Shown: positions 11,765 through 23,293 of the stretch, in pieces | Position numbering within the stretch: the first letter of the stretch is position 1 | How the letters are laid out: each line of letters opens with the position of its first letter | Assembly: GCF_001194135.2 (NCBI RefSeq) | Contig: NC_068981.1 | Coordinates: 2,644,242 to 2,708,241, forward strand | From: Octopus bimaculoides | Lineage: Eukaryota | Length of the DNA stretch: 64,000 nt | Direction of reading: 5' to 3' | Notes under the pieces: generated by a model | Database searches by the model: none | Told to the model about the DNA's origin: nothing | What the model saw: only the letters and a program-made list of their open reading frames with translations | Program-made: the position numbers and the translations under genes

Positions 11765-14700
11765 AAACAGTCTGGTATTGAAAGTCTGATAATTAATATT
11801 GATGTTTGGAATGAGTTCTTTTAGAGTCTGGGATGGGCTGAAAATGTGAGGAAAATGTTTTTCCTGTTGCTCAGTTATGGGGATCTATTGTAACTGTAGA
11901 ACTTATTGGAAGTATGCGTATAGTTTGCATGTTTTTATTTTGATGCGAAGCTATTGCAGGTTCGATACAAGAAATAATGGGGAGAGGAAAAGATCACTTG
12001 ATGATCATCATCATCATCGAGTGTCCTTTTCCCCTTCCCCATGTTACTTACATTAAATTCAAAAGTTATTGAAAACCTAAGACACCTGACCATTCCTGAA
12101 TCATTCCTGATGCCAATAGATACTCAAATGCAGATGATGTGCTTAAACTTTTGGTTGCTGCAGTTTGTATGAAATTGCATGCTTTTTGCACTTGTTGTTT
12201 TCTTTGACTATCCCATTTTCATACACATAACCCAAGTAGTGATTTTTTGCATTTCATTTCATAAAATCGTAGCCACTTAGCCTTTGTGTATCTACAATTA
12301 CCTTGTATAAAACCTGTTGATCAATACTGGTATTTTTATCTCTAATGTTACTATGACCCTTTTATAATTTAAATTAACTTCATGGTTCATAATAAAAACT
12401 ATTTAATGTATAAATTTAAAGAGTTATTTGATTTGCTTGAGAAACATTTTATGCCTCTCCTTAAGTTAGAATGTATTAGTTGTGATTTATAAGATTTGCC
12501 TATCTAGAAAATATAATTGTTTGATGTTTTATCTTTCTCTCCTCCTCTTTCTCTGAAGTTCCACAGTTCTTGCAATTTGCTTACTTCTCTCTCTTCTGTT
12601 TTTTTTTCTCTTTCATTATCCATTTTTTTTTTCTTTTGCTTCTAATCTTGTGACTACTGGATTCGTCCTTTAATTCAAAAAAGTTCTAAACACCTGAAGC
12701 TTATATCTCTACAAGAATCAGATTTGCTCTAAAATAGACTACTGCACTCACATTTGAGTGACTTCCTCCAAACATGCACAGTCCACTCTAGATAGCATGC
12801 AGGATCAAATAGGTGGTCCTTGTTTTATCATTAACAGAAATTTGGTCCTTTTCTACCATTAATTACTTCCAGGAAAGGTGTTCAAATGAGCTACATTCTC
12901 TAATCTTGCCAACCCAGGAATTTTCTATGGAATTTAGTTTGCTAAATTTAGTGAATCACTTTCATGTTTCTGGGGTACCTTATGAACACACTGAAAGCAT
13001 ATAATACAAAGCTTTTTATTCAGGGTTAACAAGTACCTTGCCTAGTAATGGCAGTTGCCCACACTTTAACATGTTTATCTGTTCTTTTATTACCATCTCA
13101 TTTTATTTCAATTTATTAGCTGCTTTATTGTCATCTGAGTTACCTTATTTTATTGCCATCAATTCTTTTATTACCATCTCATCATATTTCAATTAAATAA
13201 TCTAAATGCATACATATATAGTCTTTGTGGTAGAAAAGATCTTATATTTCAGATCATTTGAACTTCTCTGCATTATAGTTTCTGTGGTATTAATGTTACT
13301 TCTTTCTGTTAACCCTTTACCTAGAAGTAACCAGTGGGCCTTCCTTGAGTGATTTCAAGTAAATAAAAAACAAGGTGGGATATTATTCTTTATGCCATAT
13401 TAAATGCAACCTGTCTACTAATCTGGCTGTTGAGATACTAAATAAAGATTTAAGATTAAAGAGAAAGATTTATTGTAATAGAGGCAAAGTATCAACACTA
13501 ATGCTGATAGTTTTAATAACTTTGGAGCCTATAGCTTAGTTGTCAATATCTTGTCTATGTTGACTTTGCTTATCTCCTTGGTGTAGATTAACAATATTGT
13601 TGATGAGTGATATTATAGTAACAGTTATTTCACAATAATGGCATTGAAACTTGTCAGAGCTATTTCCATCCATTAAGCTTGCAATAAGGTAGCGCTATGT
13701 ATCAAGAGCTTATATACGTTTTATAAGTCTGTGATAAGTGCAGATTGATAACCAGGGAAATAGATCTAACAGTAAACACAGAACAATAAGCAAGTTTTTT
13801 TTTTTTTTAATCTGTGAAACAAACCTGAGAGATAAAATGAATAAAAGTATTAAAGATATTTGTCAATATTGCAAAAGTGATAGCTTCACAAGTATTAAAA
13901 CATTACAAATAGAAGATACATCAACAGCTTTTCTTTATTGTCAAGGATGTTTCCAAGGTGTTTGAAACCTGGGACCATTTATGAATTTGATTAGTTTGGA
14001 GAAAGGGTAAAAAGTGCAGTCATCATAGTGCTTGGTCTGCAAAACCCCTATATCCATGGCATAATGATATTGAGATGATGAGATGCCTGTCTCATTGCAG
14101 AGATGTTTGTGTCACAATCTGTTGGGAGTCTCCCGTTACACCTTCTCTCAGTGCATGAGGAGTGATGACACAGTTATTAATGGGATTTGAATCTCTCAGT
14201 GGAATCTGAACTTTGAGTTCCAAGAATTAGAAATATTGCAAGGTATTCTGGCACTTAGCAATTCCGTTAATTTGTTGCCCATAAACAGGGGATGTATGTA
14301 TAATAGTAAAGGTACCTCAGTGTATTAGTTGAATGTGTACAAGATTCAGAGTGGGGTTAAGATTTTTTTAAAACTTTTCTGTGCTAACAAATCTCTCTCT
14401 ATAAGACTGCATTGAATATTGCTGTCATCTTTGGACTGGTACCACTTCCAAGTGTCTCAATTTGGTTGATTGAATTCAGAATTGAGTTAACCTGGTGGTT
14501 CTGCTTCTTTGTACAAGGTTGGAGTCTTTAGCTCATTATTGAAATATTATAAGTATTTCCATAATCTGATAAACTTTCTGGTGTAGCAGCCTCTATTAAC
14601 ACCTTTAAATGTGTCACCTGCTTCTCTTTCCAAGTGCATCATTTCTTTGTGGAACTTCCTGTTAATCATGTTCTTTTCTTCTAATTGCTTCATTTTTCAA

Positions 14701-15883
14701 ACAACTGGTCTCTGAAACTCATTACCAGTACTTGTTTTCCTTGGGACTGATATTCAGTCCTTTACGCTTTGTCAATCAGTGAATTTGTAAATCCCTCCTT
14801 TTCCTTATTTGTAGCCTCTTATGGTACAGTGGCCTCAAGCCTTGTTTGGCACAAAATTGTATATAAAAAAATCCGCCTGTAGTCTTCCCTGCATTTTGCA
14901 GACAAATTCAATGAAGTTAATATTTAGCTTGAACTTCTGTAAACTGATGTTAGGAAAAAGATATTTGCAGAATATATCTGTATAGTACAGTTTAGGAAGG
15001 AAAGTTTGGGTGACACATATGATTTGTTTTTTTTTGTTTTCTTTTTGCTGGTGGTGATAGGCAGATACACAATACTAATAAGTAGAGAGGTGAGTGTATT
15101 GTGTGTTCATTGGCAGGGAGTGGTTCTCAGCTTGCTTGTTTAGTGGAGCAAAAATTATTGTAGTAGCAGTAGACTGAACAAAGGATGGCTACAATGCATC
15201 TTTGTGCTAGCAGTGATTGTAGCATGTTGGTGAGTGAAAGTATGCCTTTTAAGCAGGTGACTTTTTGTTTGTGCAACATTAAACAAGTGTGTGTTGAGCA
15301 GGTGCATCATCACAGTTATGTGACTGTAATCTAATGTAGGTCCTCTGAAATATTTTCCTAGCCTGAAGCCAGAAAATGCAGTCTTAACAATATTATAAGT
15401 TTATAGATTTTGTGAAAGAAACTCAAGTTATGGGGCCTCACATAAAACAGTTAGATGAGGTGGTTAGATGAAACTTTAGACTGTTAGACTTCAAAGGAAG
15501 ATCTAAAATTGAAACATGTAAAGCTACATTAAAGAAATGATGATCGCAATCATATTTTTTTTTTTCCCATCAGCTTCTACAAATAAGGACATTTATGTAT
15601 AACTTATTATAGTGTGATTTTCTCCCCAAAGGAGAGTGAATGGTGCCTGTTTCAGATATTAGAAAGACAAAATTATTAGCATGTCATATGTAGAATCCAT
15701 AGTTTAAAACTTTGCTTTGAGTTAAGACTAGTATCCTACCCATTCAACTATCATACTTCTCTCAGATAACAGATTTCAACTTACATTTTCGCTATACTTA
15801 ACTAGGACGCTAGTCTTTTGACTCTTGAAGCAAAGTTTTAAATTTTGGATTCTACATATTGCATGCACTCTGGTGCCACACAA

Positions 15884-16072
15884 ATGGCACCTGTGCTGGT
15901 GGCACTTACAAGCATCCATTACACTCTTGGAGTAGTTGGCGTTAGGAAGGGCATCCGGCTGTTGAAAACCATGCCAAATCAGACTGGAGTCTGATGCAGC
16001 CTTCCGGCATGCCAGCCCAGTCAAACCGTCTAACCTATGCCAGCATAGACATTAAACGATGATGATGATGAT
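15884..16072 (+). mobile_element. RTE-type 3'UTR fragment
   Basis: Same core as above, with a (GAT)n tail. Confidence 0.8.
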
Positions 16073-16512
16073 TAACATGCCAGTGATAAACGGTGATCTG
16101 TTTAACTTTGAATTGTTTGCTACCTAAAAACTTCTTTAAGATATCAAATCTGTCCAGTCACTGTTGGTGTGCCCCTTTTCAAAAACTAAAGCAGTATGCT
16201 GATGAGAATTTAATGAATGGATATCATACTAAAAGGTGTCCTATTTAATCATAAAAAGGTTTGATTTTTGTGTGTTTTTATGATTATTTTCATATTCTAT
16301 CTCAGTAGTTTCTTTAACACCATTCACTTCCATTTTTATTGACAGATTTAGTGAAATACTAATGAGTTTTAAATGATTTGGATCAAATTAGTTGATGTAC
16401 TGTAATTCTTTTTTTTTTTTTCGGAAGCAGAAAGGAAAGCTAACTCTGTATTATTAAGCCATTAGGTAGAAGTAAAACATTCAGTATGTTAACATACCTT
16501 AATCTGTTATAG

Positions 16513-16617
16513 GTTGCAATATAATGAAAACTCAAAAGAAACAAAACTTGAAGAAAGCATTGCAAATAATGTACACAAAATAGATAAAAGCAATGAAACA
16601 GGGAAAGCTGTAGGATG
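16513..16617 (+). other. Candidate exon, 105 nt (5'UTR or coding, unresolved)
   Basis: CTGTTATAG| acceptor and strong ATG|GTGAGT donor, purine-rich body. One frame is open throughout (LQYNENSKETKLEESIANNVHKIDKSNETGKAVG, phase 2/2). Alternatively the exon ends exactly on an ATG. Confidence 0.5.
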
Positions 16618-17719
16618 GTGAGTGTAGATAGATTGTAAAATGTTCTACTAACCAGTCATATAGCCAATCAAATTAGAATTAGTTTACAAAAGTAAATATG
16701 GGTGTATTTAGCAGAACTATAGAAATAAAAAGAATTTAAAAAAAGCACATCTTGACATTTGTGAACTACTCAAATAGTCATTAGTCAAATATAAATTAGC
16801 ATTTAAAAATTGAGTTCTGCGAAAATAAGGAGACTACTTTGGAAAGACTGACATTAATATTCTCATGTCCCTTTTACTCATAATAAACTAATCTGTTACT
16901 CCCAATGACTGGTATATCAACAATGTCCATTGTTATAAAGGAAAAAGTATCCAGAAAGGATAAGTTAATTATAATTGACTGGGACTGATATAGCAATTAA
17001 ATAGAAAGTGTAATTGAAGGGTGGATTGAAAGGAATGCTACTGGTTATCATAATGTGTGTGCATATTCTTTGTGAAACTCTGAAGAGGATTAGCAAGAGA
17101 AAAATTATTAATTGTATAACGCCTTTATTGATTTAAAAAAGCTTTGATAGCCTTATGAATGAGTTTTATGATAAATACCTGGTTTAATAGTTTGAGACTA
17201 ATATACAAAGCTGCTTGGAGAAGTAATACATTTGCTATGGTCGGTAGCCATGAAAGGTCGTTTTGCTGGTATCTACTTTCTACTTCTTTTAATCCTTTCC
17301 TACAAAATTCTCTGTGATTTCTGTATGTCAACATTCAGATTGTTATTGAAGAGACGGAATCCTTTCAAAAATGAGTTTGAAGGGACTGGGATGAACATAA
17401 GCAAAGAATTGCTGCTGTGATTTTGAAAGCCCTCATCAGCTACTAACATATGTTGTCAAAATTTTTGGTGGTGGGGGAGAATATAGCTAAATAGTACATA
17501 AAAGATGTAGTAGTAGTTGAGGGCTGCTGATAAAGAATCCAGTTTGTTTATAAAAAGGTTCCTTTTATTTTAAATGACAATATAAGTAGAGACTTAAGTT
17601 TTTTTCATTTTTTTCATTTTTTTCTTCTCCGGTTATTCTTTCGCTAAACTGTACACCTCTGAAACATTAATCCTTGTCCATGTTTTCCTTTCAATCCTGA
17701 AAAAATTTTAATTAAATAT

Positions 17720-17934
17720 TGATTTCAAATTTTGGCACAAGGCCAGAAAGTTTTGGGGAGGGGTCAGTCAATCACATTGACCCCAATACTCAACTGGTGC
17801 TTATTTTATCGACCCCCAAAAGGATGAAAAGAAAAGTCAACCTCAGCTGGATTTGAACTCAGAATGTAAAGACAGACGAAACGCCACAAAGCATTTTGCC
17901 TGGCGTGCTAACAATCCTACCAGCTTGCTACCTT
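17720..17934 (-). mobile_element. SINE family A copy
   Basis: TTTCAAATTTTGGCACAAGGCC...GATTTGAACTCAGAA...CCAGCTTGCTACCTT. Confidence 0.85.
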
Positions 17935-17998
17935 AATTTAAACTAAATGTTAATTATATTTACTCACCCATTGGGGTTTTTTTTATGGCTTATTTAAG

Positions 17999-18115
17999 GG
18001 GAAAAGCAGTGCCCATGATCTCATTGGAACATTTGTGACTGATAAAAAAGGAAGAGATCTTCAGATCAAAGAAAGATGTGGGCCAAATGCTTGCAATATT
18101 GTGGATCCACTCAAG
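17999..18115 (+). other. Weak candidate exon (117 nt, phase 0/0)
   Basis: Branch-like CTCAC about 33 nt upstream, TTTAAG| acceptor, AAG|GTACCT donor. Open frame GKSSAHDLIGTFVTDKKGRDLQIKERCGPNACNIVDPLK. No homology recognised. Confidence 0.22.
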
Positions 18116-18184
18116 GTACCTAGGGTCCACTCGGTACTCTTAAACAAGGCAGTGGATTAAGTCTACCTCCCAAGAACAGGAGTG

Positions 18185-18330
18185 ATCTCACCATTGGGCT
18201 TCCATACAGTTTCCCTCAAGGATTTCATTGATCCAAGACTTTGATAACAGACACTTGCTTTGCAAGGTGTCATTGGGATTGAATCCAAACACTTGTGTTT
18301 GCAAACTGGACTTCTGAACCACACAGCCTG
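18185..18330 (-). mobile_element. Older family-B-related SINE relic
   Basis: Minus strand GGCTGTGTGGTTCAGAAG..GGATTCAATCCC..GCAAGTGTC..TGTATGGAAGCCC. A similar relic lies at 43205-43380 (+). Confidence 0.5.
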
Positions 18331-19097
18331 CTTGTATGAGAAGCCTTGATAGACTCTGGGCAGTGTTTTTCTTTAGGTCAACAAATAAAAACTTCAAATG
18401 TCATAGATGATGATTATGAAGTATTATGGTAGTATCATTTCATTTTTGTTTTATCAATAACCATCAGATTAATCATGAAAACAATGCAAATAACATAGTA
18501 ACTAAGATCCATAATGGTTTGCACAATTTTAGAATTCAGTTGGGTATTGTATGGCTGTAGGATATTGGCAAACAAGGAAGGTATTTTGTTTTTTGAAACT
18601 GAATATTAATCTTATCCTTTTCAATGTGATTCTGGAAAACATACTAATATGAAAAAATAAACAAACAAAATAAAAGAACTGATGCAAATGGAAGTATTCT
18701 ATATTATTTGTAACTGCAAATCAGACTTGGAACTAATGAACAGGAATCTCTTGACATATTCATTGCCAGATCACTTCTTGACTGAAACTTTTGCTACAAA
18801 ACGTAGGTAAATTTCTGACTGTGACTTTGCACCAACTACCATCACCTTACCGCACTAAGCTATAGAGAGAGCCTCTAACAAGGTTATTTAGCCTGTTAGA
18901 AATAACAACCAAATTTTTCTCAAGCTATAACCTATCAGTTTTAAAAAGAACATATTGGCCAATGTTGACTGGGTGCATTATTCTTGAGGGAGAAAACAGT
19001 CATGATGACCATTTCCTCGAAGGTTTTTGATTATGGGCCTCCTTGATCAAAGGATAAACAAAGACTGATAGTGTGGAACAAGTGCAAAGTTATTTTG

Positions 19098-19320
19098 ATA
19101 ATGTTTTCTAATTTAGGCACAAGGTCAGAAATCTTTAAGAGGAAGGGATTAGCCTATATCATCAACCCCATTATATCACTGATGTTTATTTTATCAACCA
19201 TGAAAGGATGAAAGGCAAAGTTGACCTTGACAGAATTCAAAGTCAGAATGCACAGAACTGGAAGAAATGCTTCTAAACACTTTGTCTAATGCCCTTGCAA
19301 TTCTGTTAGACCACTATCTT
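19098..19320 (-). mobile_element. SINE family A copy (decayed)
   Basis: TTTAGGCACAAGGTC..AAAGGATGAAAGGCAAAGTTGACC. Confidence 0.7.
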
Positions 19321-19419
19321 CATATCCATTGTGATAATAAGGCTAGGTAGGCACTGTTAGATGATTTCATTGGCCTCAGTGTTCTATCTGCCCACATAGT
19401 TTTCTATCAACATAGGTAT

Positions 19420-19557
19420 CTGTGTGTGTGTGTGTATATTCTTTTATTGGTTTTAGTCATTTGACCGTGGCCATGCTGGAGCACCACCTTTAGTCGAACA
19501 GATCGACCCCAGGACTTATTCTTTGTAAGCATAGTACGAATTCTATCGGTCTCATTT
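19420..19557 (-). mobile_element. SINE family B 3' part
   Basis: GTCATTTGACCGTGGCCATGCTGGAGCACCACCTTTAGTCGAAC. Confidence 0.8.
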
Positions 19558-19648
19558 ATTGATGTGTTGGAGTTGGGGCCCCTCTTCTTCAGTACAACAC
19601 TTGGATTTGTATATAATGTTGGATAAAGAGATATACAAATATAAAAAT

Positions 19649-19830
19649 CAATGTTTAACGTCCATTTTCCATGCTGGCATGGGTTAGATGGTATGATAAG
19701 CTGGCAAGTCAGGGAGCAGTGCCAAGCTCTATTGTCTGATTTGGTATGGTTTCTATAGCTGGATGCCCTTCCTTTACAGTGTGTACTGGGTGCTTTTTTT
19801 CATGGCACCAGCATTGGTGGGGGTCACCTA
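19649..19830 (-). mobile_element. RTE-type 3'UTR fragment
   Basis: GTTTAACGTCCATTTTCCATGCTGGCATGGG...GCTGGATGCCCTTCC. Confidence 0.75.
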
Positions 19831-20236
19831 GTAATTTGCAAGACAAAACCCCCTCAACTGGGAGGGGGTGGAGAATAGTATTGAAAAAGGGAGCTTTGTG
19901 GCAATTGATTTGGGATTAAAAAGTATGAGAGGGATAGACATAGGTCTTGTAGAGGAGATACTTGGATACCCCAGTGAAACAAGAAAGGAGAGAGATAGTT
20001 TGACAGAAAGATAGAGAGAGACAGAATTAGAAAGATAGTGAGAGATGGTGGTAGAGAGGTCTTGGGACCCCCCCCCCCAAGGTATAGTGGGGAGTGAATA
20101 TAGGTGAAGTGATACTGAGGATCAAAAAGGTAATATGTATTCCTAATTTGTGTTAAATTTTTTTTTTAATATATTTTTATACTTTGATGAAGCAGGATAT
20201 TATCAAACTGTTTGTTAAACAACAATGTATTTGTAG

Positions 20237-20314
20237 GAATATAAAGTCAAAACACAACAATACAAATTACAATGAATGTCAATGGTAGAAATACTAGTTT
20301 GCAAGGAAGAAAGG
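20237..20314 (+). CDS. Candidate start-codon exon (ATG 20272; MNVNGRNTSLQGRK+G, phase 1 end)
   Basis: TTTGTAG| acceptor and AAGG|GTTAGT donor. ATG has A at -3 and an in-frame upstream TAA. The phase-1 end is compatible with 37839. Confidence 0.33.
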
Positions 20315-21139
20315 GTTAGTTTGTTGGTATGATCATTAACAACTTAGTGTCATAAAACTATAAAACTCCTTCTTTCTGAATTTAGAAAAATAGTTTTTGT
20401 TTGCTTTTATTATATGAATAGTAGTTGCTATTTATATATGTATTTTTATCCTTATTATATTGTATTTTATTATTCCTCCTTCTCTCTATAATACAGTGTC
20501 TCTCTATGTATGTATGTTATATTGGGTCTGTTATATAACTGATTTTTATTTGATTTTCATTTCATCTGAGGAAAAAACCTGTTTCCCAAACTTGTGTCTG
20601 TGGATAGAATGTTAAGCTATTGTAGGAACTTCAAAAGCATTTGCGATTATATCTATTATAAAAATATTTCTAAAGTAAACTCCCAGCCAACTAAAGTCAC
20701 AAACTATTTTCATTCTTTAGTTGTAATCTTTTTATTTAGATTGCTAAAACATTTAGGGAGAGAATGGCTGTCACTAAATCTCATTTCTTCTCAGCCATAA
20801 ACGTGAAACATGCCTATACAAGAAATTGATATAATTTGTATTTTGGCAGAGCTGCCTATTTAAAGTTTGCTTGAATTCCAGCTTCAATCCCACTGCATGG
20901 CAGCTAAGACAAGTATCTTCTGCTATGGTCTTAGGTTAACCAATACTTTGTGAGTGGAATGTGTTAAATAAAGACTAAGCAGAAGATGTATATGCATGTA
21001 GATGAACAAACGACAAAGTAGCACTCAACTCATTTGGTAGGAGTTATATTTTTAAAAAGTTTGATTCATCTCCAAATGACTTAGTTTTCTAGGCACATAG
21101 GACATCAGATACAAGGACTCAACTTCTATGATCCTCCCA

Positions 21140-21694
21140 GGTCTGCTGCAAGCTATACTACCGACTATGACAATATGATAAATGATTTAAAAACCATCTG
21201 CTGGCATACCCCAAAGTTTTGTGCTATGGAAAAAATTCAAAAAAGCTTGCAGCAAACTTTGTTCTGTATGCAACATTGGAAAGTCACAACAATGACGAAA
21301 TATCGATGCCTGTCACTCTGGGAAGGGACCTGATGTGAGTTGACTCGCTTGCCTATGACTTACTTTCAGGTGTTTTTAACACCAGACACATTAAGAATAT
21401 ATTCTCTTATGCCTTAAACACAGCCAACCCATGAACTAACAACACACACACTCTTTGTGTATGTGAGTTTGATTTGGTTTATATATCTGAAGCTGCTTCT
21501 AATTCATATTTGGATTTTTTCCATGGCATGAAACATTGGCACATGCCAGCAGATGGGTTTTAAATTTAGCATATAGTCATAGCTGGCGATATAGCTTGCA
21601 GTAGGCCTTGTTCGGTATGTGGCTTTGATAAGTCAAAACAACGACGAAAGATTGATGTCTGCCCCTCCAGGAGGGGACCTGATGTGAGTTGACT
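21140..21694. repeat. Composite direct + inverted repeat unit, possible Penelope-like relic
   Basis: About 100-bp direct repeats (21244-21345 and 21593-21694, period 349). About 100-bp inverted pair (21140-21241 versus 21509-21607). The last 63 bp of each direct repeat carry GACGAAA...CTGATGTGAG. Confidence 0.7.
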
Positions 21695-22300
21695 TGTGAA
21701 ATTTCTTGCCAAGTTTCATGCTGTAATCTCAAAAGATCTGGCTTTGAAGATGCTTTCTTGTTCTTTTTATGAAGTGTTCTGTCTGTTATGTCCTAGAGGT
21801 CTTCAATAGAGTTCATATCTGGTGACTGGCTTAGCCATTGAAGCTTTTTAATGCCATTCTCATCCAACAAATCTTGGGTCATTTTAGCCATGTGACAAGG
21901 AGCCCCATCTTCCATAAATAGTCTTCTTTAATCATTTCACCACTGGAAAAGATTGGAAGGAGTCCTTTCTGCAATATAGACACATATTTATCTGAGTTTA
22001 TTTCCCTCACACTCCACCAGCTTTGATCAACCATTGCTCCAGATTGCTCATCACAGAACAGCTGCCATGTTTCATTATTGGCTACAATCTTTTCACATCA
22101 AATTCTTGATCATAGGGTTTCCAGACCCACACTCGACCACTGCCAGGAAATACAGCAAACTTGGACTCATCAGAGAATATGACAGTGTCCCAAAATGCTA
22201 GTGGCCACTGACTATGTCCACCTTCAGAATGACCCACAATATGGCCTCTTTGAAATTCAGACAGTTCCAAGGTTTCTTCTGTACATGACATTATCAAACA
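21695..22300 (-). pseudogene. Tc1-family (DD34E) transposase relic with internal deletion
   Basis: ELSEFQRGHIVG fused directly to WDTVIFSDESKF. Then EDGAPCH...QWLSQSPDMNSIEDL*, with exactly 34 residues between the second D and the E. Stops and frameshifts present. Confidence 0.9.
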
Positions 22301-22940
22301 GTCATATATAGAACCTGAAACATAAAAAATGTCAATTAATAAAAAATATAAGCCATTACAAGTTAAAATAAACATAAAAGGATGTTTTATGGGGTGTCTA
22401 TTTACTTCTGTTGTGTCTGTGTATATATACATAAAACATTCAAACAGTTAAAACAATTTAGTATAGAAAAACAAGGTGAAAAAGCAACACATTCCAGCCA
22501 TTTGTTTGTTTGTTTGTGATTGTAGTTTATTGAAAATGGAATATAATATCAGTAATAAATAATGTATAATAATTTTATCTACTTCATATACTGTATAAAT
22601 ATATTTTGTCTTACTTGCCACATTACTAGCATAAACTGAACTGGGAATTAACTAGCATATCATACTTCACCAAGGTAATCTTCTGATTATAACTATGGTT
22701 AAAAATTAAAATTGAAAATATTAATACAGCAAGATAATGAAATTATCTTACAGGAGAATTTAAATAAAACCTTTCATTTTTGTATTTGGTTTACAAGATT
22801 CTTGATTCGAACCCGTGTTGAAATGGATTTTGTTGGATCTCGGGAGATTCATTATGCCAATAATAAACTCTTGCATTGGTTATATTTCACTTTATTTTTA
22901 TTTCAATTGGTCAACTATTTTAACAACTAATTATAACATA

Positions 22941-23193
22941 ATGCAGTTCTATATTTAAGAGATGAGGAATTATGTACATTATTTACATTATTTACATTTG
23001 ATGGATATTTGTCCTCATCTTGTTTGTTGCTAACACAATGTTTCGGCTGATATACCCTCCAGCCTTCATCAGGTGTCATTCCTAAGGTATTTTTCGATGT
23101 TATTATTATTATTCAGGTCACTGTTTGGAATTGAACTCGGAATCTTGGGGTTAGTAGCCTGCGCTCTTAACCACTCTACCATATGCTTGTGGG
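22941..23193 (-). mobile_element. tRNA-head/hammerhead element, full arm of inverted dimer A (27-nt internal deletion)
   Basis: Minus strand reads CCCACAAGCATATGGTAGAGTGGTTAAGAGCGCAGGCTACTAACCCCAAGATTCCGAGTTCAATTCC (A/B-box-like), then (AAT)n, hammerhead-like motif 23032-23077 and tail ...AAATATAGAACTG. Left TSD copy TAATTATAACATA at 22928-22940. Confidence 0.85.
23032..23077 (-). ncRNA. Hammerhead motif copy with helix III change (ACGU to ACAU)
   Basis: GACACCTGATGAAGGCTGGAGGGTATATCAGCCGAAACATTGTGTT on the minus strand. Confidence 0.5.
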
Positions 23194-23293
23194 CCTAATG
23201 GTTAAGAGCACAGGCTACTAATCCCAAGATTCCGAGTTCAATTCCAGGTAATGACCAGAATGATGATAATAATAACAATAATAATAATAATAA

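Noticed and set aside
13738-13965. ORF with CxxC-x21-CxxC (zinc-ribbon-like)
   Set aside because: No good splice sites and no recognised homology; likely chance.
14500-14960. Possible RTE endonuclease relic (minus strand); similar at 48990-49330
   Set aside because: Motif traces are too decayed to call confidently without alignment.
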